Shown here one piece after another: positions 50,613-60,529 of a stretch of DNA of 64,000 bases. Position numbers and translations under genes: made by a program. Location: the NCBI GenBank assembly GCA_964486455.1, contig CAZAMP010000025.1, positions 26 to 64,025 on the forward strand, in the 5' to 3' direction. This DNA is from an uncultured bacterium. Lineage in GTDB: Bacteria > Eisenbacteria > RBG-16-71-46 > CAZAMP01. Within the stretch, counting starts at the first letter, position 1; the number at the start of each line of letters is the position of its first letter. The notes under the pieces were generated by a model. That model was given only the letters and a program-made list of their open reading frames with translations. It was not told where the DNA came from and ran no database searches.

Positions 50613-52791
50613 ATGCCGAGCCGCTTTCTCACCTTCATGCTGGCCGCCCTGATGATCGCCGGCGGATGTTCGAAGAAGGACAGCACCGCCCCCGACGATG
50701 GCGGCGGCGGTGACAATGGAGACGGGTACACGCTCGAGGAAGAAGCCACCATCGGCGCCGGTGGCGGCACGCTCGAGGCCGACGACTTCACGCTGACCGT
50801 TCGTCCCGGCGCGTTCGATGCCGGATACGATCTATCTCTTCACGCCTCAACGACCGACCTCCCGTTCGGAGACTCAGAGGTCACGCGGGTGTTTCGAATC
50901 GAAGGGTTGCCGGATGACTGGTCCGACACTCTCGACGTGAGCATTGCGTACGAAGGCGATCTGGCTGAGGGTGGGGAAATCGCTGTTGGTTGGCCCACCC
51001 AAGAGCCCTATGAAGAAGACTCGACACTTGTCACGTACAGCTTCCCTGAGGCCAGCCTCTCTGACGGTCGGCTGATTTCCGTGATCCCGCCGGTCACGCG
51101 ATCGACTCATGTGTCAGATCGACGTGCTACCTCAACCAAGGCCGGCCAGAATCGCGGTGTCCAGGTCGCTGGGCTCGACGGTACGAAGAGGAAGACCTAC
51201 TACCGGTCGGACCTCAACTTCCGGATCAACTGCTCGACCGCGTTGACTCCTCTCCTTGAGGGTTGGACTCCTCCGTATCCTACACGACGCGCGCACAACG
51301 ATTGAGGAACAGCTTGGCCTGACGTTTCTTCAACATCGGTGGAGATGGCCGCTATACGTGACTATCGAGGCCTTGGCGTCAGACGGGCCAGGGTGGATTG
51401 CCATCAATACACACCGACCCGGGATCATCATCGATGAGGACTTCCTGATCCAACAGGGCCTGACGGAGCTACAGGTTCCAACGGGAACCTGGCTGACCTC
51501 ACTATGCTTGAATAGCTACTACCAGACCCCAATTCCAGACCGGGGCTGGCTTGCCCAGGCCATCCTGAGCTGGGCGGAAGAGAAGTTCACTGACTCTCCG
51601 GAGCAGTATGTCCCAGGGGACTACGCAGCGAGCAGTGTCGCGGCGCCGTTTCGAGGCCTGCAACCAGGTGCGGGAAGCTCCTACGGGGCGAGGGCAGCAC
51701 ATGGCGTCGGAATGGCCGCACTCATCAAGCATATGATGGATGAAGGCTTTCTGACGCCGGGTGGCATTGGGGCCATCTATGATCGTATCCACGGTCGAAT
51801 GTCAGAGACCGACGCACTGCTGGCGGAAGTCTCGTTGCCACTCACCACCTGGTGGCCGGATTTCTTCAGACGTTTCGTCGCCAGTGATATCTACGGGGTC
51901 GGGAGCGAAGCTTTCTACGAAGGCGAAAACGTCACGGATTCGTGGATCATTGACGGCCCTGAGGACACGGAGGTGCTCTTCAGCGAACACTATCCAGATC
52001 TCTCGGCCAGGATATTCCGTATGGCTCTCAGGCGCGCTGATCTCGACCCCAGCGCCACACTTCGGTTCACGCTCAGCAGCAGTCAGATCTCCACCGAGAA
52101 CCTCACGACGCTAGTCTTCGGATACGACTTCACTAGCGGCACCGGCAAATTTACCTACTACGATGAGGGTAACGATTTCCCGCTGACCGGCCTGAAAGAC
52201 TTATACGATGAGGGGGTCTACCTGCTCCTGGCCGTCGTGGTGAACAGCTACGGTGCACCACCCTACACGGGAACGGGCGAAGTCGATCTGGCGATCACGT
52301 TGGAAGAGGAGGAACCAACCGGGTACGCGCAGGTCCGTCTCGAGATGCGACTCAACGTCCGCAGGTATTTCACGGACGACAACTACGAAGTGCACTACTT
52401 CGATGATGTCTTCACACTCGATCGAACCGTGGACAACGAAAGCGGGACCCCCAGCATCTTCCGCGGGAGCTGGGAGTACCCTGAAGATCCGTGCCAACCG
52501 ACGCATGGTTTGCTGACGTCCAGTATCAATATCGACGGGAGCACCGCCACGCTATCCTATGAGAACCAACTTGGAACCACGGCGGACGAATGCGCCGTGT
52601 TTCAGAGGTGCTACACGCATCCATTGCCCCGTACGGGTGAGCACACGTATTCCGTCGTAGGGGAAGAAATCGATAGCTTCTTTGAGTCGACACCGATAGA
52701 CAGCTACTACAACGACAAGGGATTCTGGGTGGGGATCGACGAGATTCTCCCCGATGCCGGCAACAACCTCTCGATGACGTTTGTGGAATGA
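50613..52791 (+). pseudogene. Large lipoprotein split by a frameshift near 51260
   Basis: Lipobox AGGC; overlapping ORFs 50613-51305 and 51256-52791; the second has no RBS or signal peptide. Confidence 0.6.
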
Positions 52792-52793
52792 CG

Positions 52794-54380
52794 CTAGGCC
52801 GCGGGCGACTCCTGTTTCGCGAGTATCCCGACGAACGTGTCAACGAGGTCGGGATCGAAACTGCGCCCCGCTTCACCCACCAGCGTCGCCACCGCGTCGT
52901 CGACGCTGTGCGCGTCACGGTGAGGCCGGTCGTGCGTGAGCGCGTCGAAGCTGTTCGCGATCGCGACGATCCGCGCCCCGATCGGAATCGACTCGGCCCC
53001 GAGACCTTCCGGATAGCCCGACCCGTCCCAACTCTCGTGGTGGTGTCGGACGATCTCCGCGACGGCGTCGAGCAGTCCCGCGCCGCTGATGGCCTCGGCC
53101 GCCTTGAGCGGCGCCTCCACGAGACGGATACGATCCTCCTGTGGCAGCGGGTAGGTCTGCTCACCCAGGCGGTCATAGATTTCGACCAGCCCCAGATCAT
53201 GCAGCTCCGCCCCGAGCCGGACGGCCTCCACTTCCTGCGCGGGAATGCCGATGGCCTCGGCAATCGAAACCGCGTATCCGGCGACACGCTGCGAATGCCC
53301 CTCGAACCCCGTGTAGCACTTCTCGAGGCTCTGGATGAGAAGCCCCGCCGTGTTGAGGAAGGAGTGATGCAGATGGCTCTGTGACCGCTGGCTCGCGACG
53401 GCGTCACCCACCGCGTCCGCCAGGGCTTTCAATAGATCGACATCGATCGGGTCCAGCTCACCCGTCCCCTCGATCGTACCGATGCAGATCATGCCTTCGG
53501 GCTCGCCCTGGACGCGCACCGGATACGCGTAGCGAAGGCCGGCACCCATGAGCCGAGCCGCCTCCGCCGACATCTCGGGAATCGATCCGACGCTCTGCAG
53601 GCTGAGTAGCCGTGTGGCATCCCCGACCTCAGCCGCGAGCGGACCGTCCCCCGCGACCGTGAGCGCGTCGGTCGATTCATGCTCCCATCCACGAATGATC
53701 CGGCAGACGTACTCCTCCCCCGCATCGTCCATGAGGAACAGCGCCGCGACGTCCAGGTTCAGATGGCTGATCGCGACCTTCGCGAAGCGGCGGAGGAGAT
53801 CGTCGGTCCCCGTGGTGTGCCCCATGGTCTGAAGCTCACCCACCACGCCGCCCACGCGGAAGAGACGCCCGCGAAGCTCCGCACGCGTCTCGTCGAGCGC
53901 CTTCTCGCCCCGCGACAGTGCCGCCTCGAGCTCGCGAATGCGTTGCTCGAGATTCCGGGACTTCCCCACGCGGTCGAGAATCTTCCGAATGCGAAGGATG
54001 AGTTCTCGCGGCGAGAACGGCTTCGATACGTAGTCATCCGCGCCCCGGCGAAACCCCTGGAGCTTGGCACCGCTCGAGGCATCGGACGAGATCAGAATGA
54101 CCGGAAGCGCCTCCATGCTCGACGTCGCGCGTATCTCTTCCAGGACCTTGAGCCCGTCGCGTCCCGGAAGCCGGGTATTCATCACGACCAGATCCGGCTG
54201 CGTGCTCTGTGCCCGTCGCAGCGCGTCCGCGCCGTCTTTCGCGATCGTGACGTCGAACCCACGCCCCGTCAGGGTAATTCGAAGCAGATCCAGAACCCGC
54301 GCGTCATCATCGACGACGAGAATACGTTCATCCCCGCCGGCGGTCGTCGTCCGCGGGGTAGCGCTCTTCTTCTCTCTCAT
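52794..54380 (-). CDS. REC-GAF-HD-GYP protein, degenerate
   Basis: REC (VVDDD, KPF), GAF-like middle region, HDLG, HHESWDGSGYP. Confidence 0.87.
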   Translation of the reverse strand: MREKKSATPRTTTAGGDERILVVDDDARVLDLLRITLTGRGFDVTIAKDGADALRRAQSTQPDLVVMNTRLPGRDGLKVLEEIRATSSMEALPVILISSDASSGAKLQGFRRGADDYVSKPFSPRELILRIRKILDRVGKSRNLEQRIRELEAALSRGEKALDETRAELRGRLFRVGGVVGELQTMGHTTGTDDLLRRFAKVAISHLNLDVAALFLMDDAGEEYVCRIIRGWEHESTDALTVAGDGPLAAEVGDATRLLSLQSVGSIPEMSAEAARLMGAGLRYAYPVRVQGEPEGMICIGTIEGTGELDPIDVDLLKALADAVGDAVASQRSQSHLHHSFLNTAGLLIQSLEKCYTGFEGHSQRVAGYAVSIAEAIGIPAQEVEAVRLGAELHDLGLVEIYDRLGEQTYPLPQEDRIRLVEAPLKAAEAISGAGLLDAVAEIVRHHHESWDGSGYPEGLGAESIPIGARIVAIANSFDALTHDRPHRDAHSVDDAVATLVGEAGRSFDPDLVDTFVGILAKQESPAA

Positions 54381-54512
54381 GCATGCGTCTCCCGGCAGGA
54401 TGCTCCCAAAGAAGCGTCTGGGGGTAGTTTCCGTTGGTGGAATCATCGACAGACGGCGGCGGAACCTTTTGCCGGATAATGAGGTGCGGAGTCGGAGAAT
54501 CGGGCCGGTCGG

Positions 54513-55574
54513 CTACTCGGGCACCCAACACTGGGCGCTGTGGTAGACCATGACCGCGTCCTGGGCCCCGTTGTAGCGGGCGACAACCCAGGTGTAGCCT
54601 TCGCCCTCGAAGAGCAAAGTGGGCAGCCCCACGGGATTAGCGATCATCGCGCCCGTTTCGGCGTCGATCGTGGCGAGAGGAACGCCGTAGATATCCCGAC
54701 TTACCGGGAAGTAGAGCGGATCACCGGTTCGATCGAGGTAGACAACCTCGGTGGTCGCGCCCTTCAGGCCCCACTCGCCGTCGAGCGTCCAGCTGTCAGT
54801 GCCGCTCTCGAAGTCATCCGAGAAGACGATCTCACCGTCGGCCATCAGGAGCAGATCATCGATGAACCAACCGTCGGCGTGACTCGACGGACCGGAGTGG
54901 ATGAAGAAGCGAATCATGACGTCGCCGCTGTCCGCGTATGCGGAGAGATCGACCCGCTCCTCGAAGAACACGCCGTGGAAACCGCCGGCGTAGTTGTAGG
55001 TGACGACCGTTTCCCAGCCATCGAGTCCATCGTAGCTAACCTCTACACGGCCGTAGTCGGACTGGGAGTTGTACCTGAAGTTCCAGTGATGCCAGAAGCT
55101 CAGCTCGATGGAGTCGGCCCCGGCAAAGTCGAACGCCTGCGCGATCGTCGCGGCGTAGTCCCAGTCGCGATCGTAGGGCCCGTCGGGGCTGTCGGTAAGG
55201 CTGAACATGCCCGAGTGAGCGTCGTAGGCCGTGTCGGAGATCGACCAGGTCGCCCGGACCGTGCCGAGTTCGATATCGTCTCCCCCGCCGTGCTCCGCGA
55301 TTCCGTTGGGGCCGCGGTGATACCCCATTGCGTCCATGTCCTCGGTCCAGCGGGACTCGAGACCGCCATTGAAGCCGGGTCCCACGAGGCTCATGCAGCC
55401 GCCACCCCCGAGCTTCCAGAAGGTGTCGACCACCGGACGCTCGCCTACGTGCGTTTGCTCCGCGCGCTGGATCAGAATGTAGTCGGCCTCGAGAACGACG
55501 TCGGCGAGCAGCGGCCCCGCGATGGCGAGAAGCATAAGGAGAGAGAGAAGTGAGCCAAGTCCGTGCCGCCGCAT
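54513..55574 (-). CDS. Secreted acidic jelly-roll-type protein
   Basis: Signal peptide; LTDSPDGPY, LSFWH, DGWFIDD, FSDDFE. Confidence 0.7.
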   Translation of the reverse strand: MRRHGLGSLLSLLMLLAIAGPLLADVVLEADYILIQRAEQTHVGERPVVDTFWKLGGGGCMSLVGPGFNGGLESRWTEDMDAMGYHRGPNGIAEHGGGDDIELGTVRATWSISDTAYDAHSGMFSLTDSPDGPYDRDWDYAATIAQAFDFAGADSIELSFWHHWNFRYNSQSDYGRVEVSYDGLDGWETVVTYNYAGGFHGVFFEERVDLSAYADSGDVMIRFFIHSGPSSHADGWFIDDLLLMADGEIVFSDDFESGTDSWTLDGEWGLKGATTEVVYLDRTGDPLYFPVSRDIYGVPLATIDAETGAMIANPVGLPTLLFEGEGYTWVVARYNGAQDAVMVYHSAQCWVPE

Positions 55575-55809
55575 CCGTCAACTCCTTCGATCGTGATGGC
55601 GATCATGATGGCCGCGTAGGGTGGCGAGTATACTCCGGCGCTAACCGTCGAACCAGCGGGCGGGGCGCGCCGGCAAGACAATGGCCGGCCCTCCGTATGG
55701 AAGGCCGGCCGCCAAGGAAGCGCTCCGGGTTGCTGTCCCATGGCCCCTCTGAGTCAGCCGGATGCATCCGAATGATCTACAGGCACTATACCCGAAACTC
55801 ATTACTGTG

Positions 55810-56766
55810 TCAAAGGTTAGAGGATTTGCGATGTTCCGCCCCCCGCTCGACGCGGCGGCGCACTCCTTCCACCTCCAAACCGATACCGCGCCCTCGCCTC
55901 GCAAGCTCGCGGCTCTTCGACGCTTCGCTTTCGAGCCGGGAACTCAAGTGCCCGAGTACGTCGAGCGATTCGTCGAGACGCGTCCCGAGTAGCTGCACCA
56001 TGCCGGCAACGCGATCCAGATGTACAGATAGGTCAGCCGCCTCGGGCGCACCCTCGACCTCCCGAATGATTGTGTCGATGGATTGTCGGACTTCCTTCGT
56101 CTTGGCGATCGCTTCGAGCAGCATCATGAACTCGTTTTCGTGTCCGCCGGCCGCCGCGTTCACGTCTTCGCCGAGCGCCGTCATCGACTTCCCGAGCTGA
56201 TCGAACAGGACGGTCAGCTCGGTCTCGCGTCGGTCGAGGCGTTCCATCAGCGCGCGAAGCGCTTCGCCGATCGGCGCGAGCAGCCCCGTGCACGTGGCCG
56301 CGTCCCCGGGCGGCACGTCGGTCGCGATCCGATCGATGCACGTGACGACTTCTTCCGCCGACGCACGCGTGGCTTCGTAGCCCTCCAGACTCTTGCGACC
56401 CGTCCGCTGTTGCCTGAGCATCACGTCGATCCGATTGTAGAGAAGACGAATCTCCCAGTCCGCGCGAGCGCTCACGCTCGGGGAATCGCCGGAGTCTAGG
56501 GCGCGAACCAACTCCTCCACGGGATCGGTAAGAGAACGGGCGACCCGGCGCAGCCAGACGAACTGACTCAACAGCCCGACACCGACGATCACCGCGCAAC
56601 CGATGAGAAGCGTGGGTTCGTTGTGGAGCGGGCCGGGCTCACGCCAGATGAAGAAGAACCCCGTCAGCGCCCCGGCCGTGATGAGCGTAGGCAGCAGCGA
56701 GAAGCCCGCAAGCTTCGCCAGAAGCGGCCCGCCTCCAACCGGTGATCTCTCTTCACGTTCTCTCAT
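55810..56766 (-). CDS. Two-TM HAMP/coiled-coil membrane protein
   Basis: Two TM helices; LTDPVEEL HAMP-like start; helical tail. Confidence 0.6.
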   Translation of the reverse strand: MREREERSPVGGGPLLAKLAGFSLLPTLITAGALTGFFFIWREPGPLHNEPTLLIGCAVIVGVGLLSQFVWLRRVARSLTDPVEELVRALDSGDSPSVSARADWEIRLLYNRIDVMLRQQRTGRKSLEGYEATRASAEEVVTCIDRIATDVPPGDAATCTGLLAPIGEALRALMERLDRRETELTVLFDQLGKSMTALGEDVNAAAGGHENEFMMLLEAIAKTKEVRQSIDTIIREVEGAPEAADLSVHLDRVAGMVQLLGTRLDESLDVLGHLSSRLESEASKSRELARRGRGIGLEVEGVRRRVERGAEHRKSSNL

Positions 56767-56937
56767 CGTGCAACTACTCCGTGCAGGATGCATGGGGGCA
56801 CGGGGCACCTCCCGCGCCGATTCTCCCGCGCCACGTCGTCGGGCAACCGCACCAGCATCCGGAATATGCCGCGCCAAATCAAGGGGATACGGCCGATCCC
56901 GCGAACGACCCGAATCGATCCTTTTCGACAACGAACG

Positions 56938-56952
56938 TGGCACAAGCCTTGC
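56938..56952 (+). promoter_or_regulatory. Sigma54 (-24/-12) promoter
   Basis: TGGCAC-AAGCC-TTGC, 40 bp upstream of ATG 56993. Confidence 0.75.
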
Positions 56953-56992
56953 GCCTCCGGTCCGTAAATCCCCACCCAGGAGTTGGCAGGAG

Positions 56993-57784
56993 ATGGACGA
57001 ATACCGTTTGGGACAGGAAAGCCAGCCACCCAGTGATCGAGGAACGACGCCGACGTTTCACTTCATGCTGAAGTGCCTCCTCTATTCGCGTCTTCAGACC
57101 GGATTGGTTTCGAACCGCGAGTTCTATGATGAGGACGTCAACGTCTACATGGCTCACCTGCTGCAGTCGTTCATCAATCCGGATTACGTCGAGCGCGCAC
57201 GGCCCTACCTATCCCAGTACGACACCGATGTCTTCAAGAGTCTGGGCCGATCGATGGACGCGCGACTCAAGTACACGATCTACAAAGCCAACGCCGACTT
57301 CCTTCTCGTGTCGATGGGGATCTTCGACGATCCCCAGGCGATCGCGCCCGAACGGCGGAAGCGCCGGCGACGTGCTCCTCAGACCCAACCGTCCGAGGAA
57401 GCGTACATCGGGCGCGGAAAGACTTACTACCGGTTCGCGTACACCTACTCGCAACAGCTCTACAAGAAGAACGCCGGAATCAGCGAGGTATTGGAGAAGC
57501 TCTCGGTAGGTTTTGACAGCTATCTGAAGATTCTCGCGCACATGCGTGGCGAGTATCTCGATCTCATGGATCGTCTGTCGGCGGGTGAGGTCTTCCACCT
57601 CGAGCGATCCGTCGATGAGACGGCCCGTAGCGAAGAGATCAAAGCCAAGCAGAACGAGCTGCTCGATCTCTTCAACCTGTGGCAGGAAACACGCAGCCAG
57701 GAGACATGGAGGGAAATGCAGAAGGTGGCGGACGATCTCAGGGAGATTAACCCCGGCTTCGAATTCAAGTTGCCGGAGGCCTGA
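56993..57784 (+). CDS. Hypothetical cytoplasmic protein
   Basis: RBS CAGGAG; protein-like composition (DEDVNVYMAHLL..GKTYYRFA). Confidence 0.8.
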   Translation: MDEYRLGQESQPPSDRGTTPTFHFMLKCLLYSRLQTGLVSNREFYDEDVNVYMAHLLQSFINPDYVERARPYLSQYDTDVFKSLGRSMDARLKYTIYKANADFLLVSMGIFDDPQAIAPERRKRRRRAPQTQPSEEAYIGRGKTYYRFAYTYSQQLYKKNAGISEVLEKLSVGFDSYLKILAHMRGEYLDLMDRLSAGEVFHLERSVDETARSEEIKAKQNELLDLFNLWQETRSQETWREMQKVADDLREINPGFEFKLPEA

Positions 57785-57993
57785 TCGTCGCCACGCCCGT
57801 TTCAAACAAGGCACTCTAACAAAACAATCTGAATTGGGGCGCTTTACACCATGCCACTCCACCATTGCCCGAAGCGCCCTGGCCTCCTCCCGAATCACCA
57901 CCGCCTGGCAACTCCGCTCGGGAGGAGGCCGCTTTTTCCTCTCCGGAATAATCTGCTGGACGCGGCCCCGGCGCTGGGGCATCACTTGGGGTC

Positions 57994-59205
57994 ATGATGA
58001 AGACCCTGATCGCGCTCGTGTTGATCGTTCCGCACGTGTCGGCGGATAGCGACATCACCGTCACGTCGGTTGATGGTCTCGTCCGCTCGCTCAGCGCATC
58101 CCCTCCCCGCACGACGATCCGCCTCGCGGCCGGTGACTACACGCTCAGCCCGTTCCCCTACGAAGAAGCGACGTGTGGAAACTGCGAGGACCCGTTCACG
58201 CGCGTCCGCGCCACCGTCGGGCTCATCGTCTCCGGGCGCGGCATTCGGATCATCGGCGCCGGCGCCGATTCGACACGGATTCACACACACGCGGGTTACG
58301 GAATTCTCTTCGACGGCTGCCGCGATTGCGCGCTCGAAGGCGTCACGATCACCGACGGCGCGCGTGATCGCGACGGGCACGCGACCGACGCCGCCATCGT
58401 CGTGAAAGGATCGCGCGTCTCTATCCGCGATTGCCGGATCGAAAACAACATCGGCGACCCGGACATCGTCGGCGACGTCGTCGTCGGCGTCATGGGAATT
58501 GCCGGCCGCGAAGGCGCTGAGATCACCGCCGAGAGCAACCGAATCATTCGCAACTCCTGGGATGGGATCGCCCTCTATCGCGACGCGTCGGCCGTGATCA
58601 TGAACAACGTCATCGACGGTGTCGATCGCGCGCGCGGCGAGACCGTCGGCGGCGGTCGCGGCGTCGGGATCGGCATCACGTGGAACGCGCGTGCGACCGT
58701 GCGGGGCAATCTCGTGAGGAACTACTGGAAAGGGATCGGCCTCTTCGTCGATGCGCAGGCGACCGTCGAGGAGAACATCGTCGAAGACATTTTGACCTGG
58801 GGGATCTCGCTCTGGGACGCGGGAAAAGGACGCCCGTCCGGGATTATTCGAAACAACGCCGTCTATCGGACCGGAGCGTGCGGAGTCGCACTGATCCGCG
58901 AATCGGACGAGCCGCCGGATCCCGGGGAGCTCGTGGGAAACGCCATCGTGCGTAGCGGCCAGGATCCCCGCTACGACTCGGGCGAACCGTACTGCTTCCA
59001 GACCGCGATCGCGCGCCATGCCGTTCCGGAGGCGTTCGAGATCCGCGACAATCTGCTGCTCCGAAACCGGGAGGCGGAGGACGCGCCGGGGTCCGATGAC
59101 CTGCCGCCCGCCACGTTCGATCGCGAGGTTGGCGCTCTCGTGGCCCGCCTCCATGCGTGGAACGCGCTCTGGCGGTCGGCCTTCCTCGTGGAGTTCGGCC
59201 GCTAA
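57994..59205 (+). CDS. Secreted right-handed beta-helix protein
   Basis: Signal peptide; repeated IxNNxI/GI units. Confidence 0.8.
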   Translation: MMKTLIALVLIVPHVSADSDITVTSVDGLVRSLSASPPRTTIRLAAGDYTLSPFPYEEATCGNCEDPFTRVRATVGLIVSGRGIRIIGAGADSTRIHTHAGYGILFDGCRDCALEGVTITDGARDRDGHATDAAIVVKGSRVSIRDCRIENNIGDPDIVGDVVVGVMGIAGREGAEITAESNRIIRNSWDGIALYRDASAVIMNNVIDGVDRARGETVGGGRGVGIGITWNARATVRGNLVRNYWKGIGLFVDAQATVEENIVEDILTWGISLWDAGKGRPSGIIRNNAVYRTGACGVALIRESDEPPDPGELVGNAIVRSGQDPRYDSGEPYCFQTAIARHAVPEAFEIRDNLLLRNREAEDAPGSDDLPPATFDREVGALVARLHAWNALWRSAFLVEFGR

Positions 59206-59332
59206 GCGACCGGATCCCTCGCTCGACCCTTGCCTTCCACCCCACCGCCTGTGCTACTGTTTTCGCTCGCAAAACGCATCCCAGAGCGGTCGCAAGACCT
59301 GAAGAATGAGCCCCAAGAATGAGGATGACAAG

Positions 59333-60523
59333 ATGGCCAAGCACACGATCGTCTCGATGCCCGGCGACGGGATTGGAAAGCCTGTCCTTGACGAAACCAT
59401 CCGCGTTCTGGACGCCGTCGGATTCGACGCCGAATACATTCACGCCGACATCGGCTGGGAATTCTGGATCAGCGAGGGCAATCCGCTTCCGCAGCGGACG
59501 ATCGATCTGATCGCCGAGCACAAGACGGCGCTCTTCGGCGCGATCACGTCCAAGCCGAAGGACGCCGCCGACGCCGAGCTGTCGCCCGCGCTTCGCGACA
59601 AGGGCCTCGTGTACTACAGCCCGATCGTGGGACTCCGGCAGCACTTCGATCTCGATGTCTGCATCCGTCCGTGTCTCTCGTTCCTCGGCAACCCGCTCAA
59701 CTTCGTGCGGCGCGGACAAGGCGACTCCATCGAAGAGCCGTCGGTCAACACGGTGATATTCCGGCAGAACACCGAAGGGCTCTACGGTGGCGTCGAGTGG
59801 ACCAATCCGCCGGTCCAGGTGCGCACGGCGCTCGAGACCCATCCGAAGATGAAGACGTTCGCCAACACCCCGAGCGAGGACCTGGCGATCTCCACGCGGA
59901 TCTTCACGCGCACGGCGTGCCGGCGCATCGTCACGGCCGCATTCGACTACGCGAAGAAGTTCGGATACAAGTCGGTGACGATCTGCGAGAAGCCGAATGT
60001 GATCCGCGAGACCAGCGGCATGATGAGAGAAGCCGGCAAGGAGACACAGGCCGACTACCCGGGGATCGATCTCTGGGAAACCAACATCGACGCGCAAATG
60101 ATGTGGCTCACCAAGAACCCCGAAGATTACGGCGTCATCGTCGCCGGAAACATGTTCGGCGATATCGTCTCCGACGGCTTTGCCGGACTCGTGGGTGGCC
60201 TCGGCTTCGCGTGTAGCGCGAACATCGGTCGCGAAGTCGCCGTATTCGAACCCACCCACGGCTCGGCGCCGAAGTACGCCGATCTGGATCCCTCGATCGT
60301 GAACCCGATCGCCATGATGCTCTCCGCCTGCATGATGCTCGACCACATCGACGAGACGGAGAGGGCGGAGAAGATCCGGAGCGCCATCGCGACCGTGATC
60401 GCCGAGCAGAAGGTGCGGACCTACGACATGCTGAAGCTCCGTGGCGGGCCGGACGCGATCGGCCAGGGCGCGGCGACGACACAGCAGATGACGGACGCGG
60501 TGATCGCGAAGCTGGGAGCGTAG
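59333..60523 (+). CDS. Isocitrate/isopropylmalate dehydrogenase family
   Basis: PGDGIG, RQNTEGLY, NMFGDIVSD, FEPTHGSAPK. Confidence 0.92.
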   Translation: MAKHTIVSMPGDGIGKPVLDETIRVLDAVGFDAEYIHADIGWEFWISEGNPLPQRTIDLIAEHKTALFGAITSKPKDAADAELSPALRDKGLVYYSPIVGLRQHFDLDVCIRPCLSFLGNPLNFVRRGQGDSIEEPSVNTVIFRQNTEGLYGGVEWTNPPVQVRTALETHPKMKTFANTPSEDLAISTRIFTRTACRRIVTAAFDYAKKFGYKSVTICEKPNVIRETSGMMREAGKETQADYPGIDLWETNIDAQMMWLTKNPEDYGVIVAGNMFGDIVSDGFAGLVGGLGFACSANIGREVAVFEPTHGSAPKYADLDPSIVNPIAMMLSACMMLDHIDETERAEKIRSAIATVIAEQKVRTYDMLKLRGGPDAIGQGAATTQQMTDAVIAKLGA

Positions 60524-60529
60524 TGGCGA

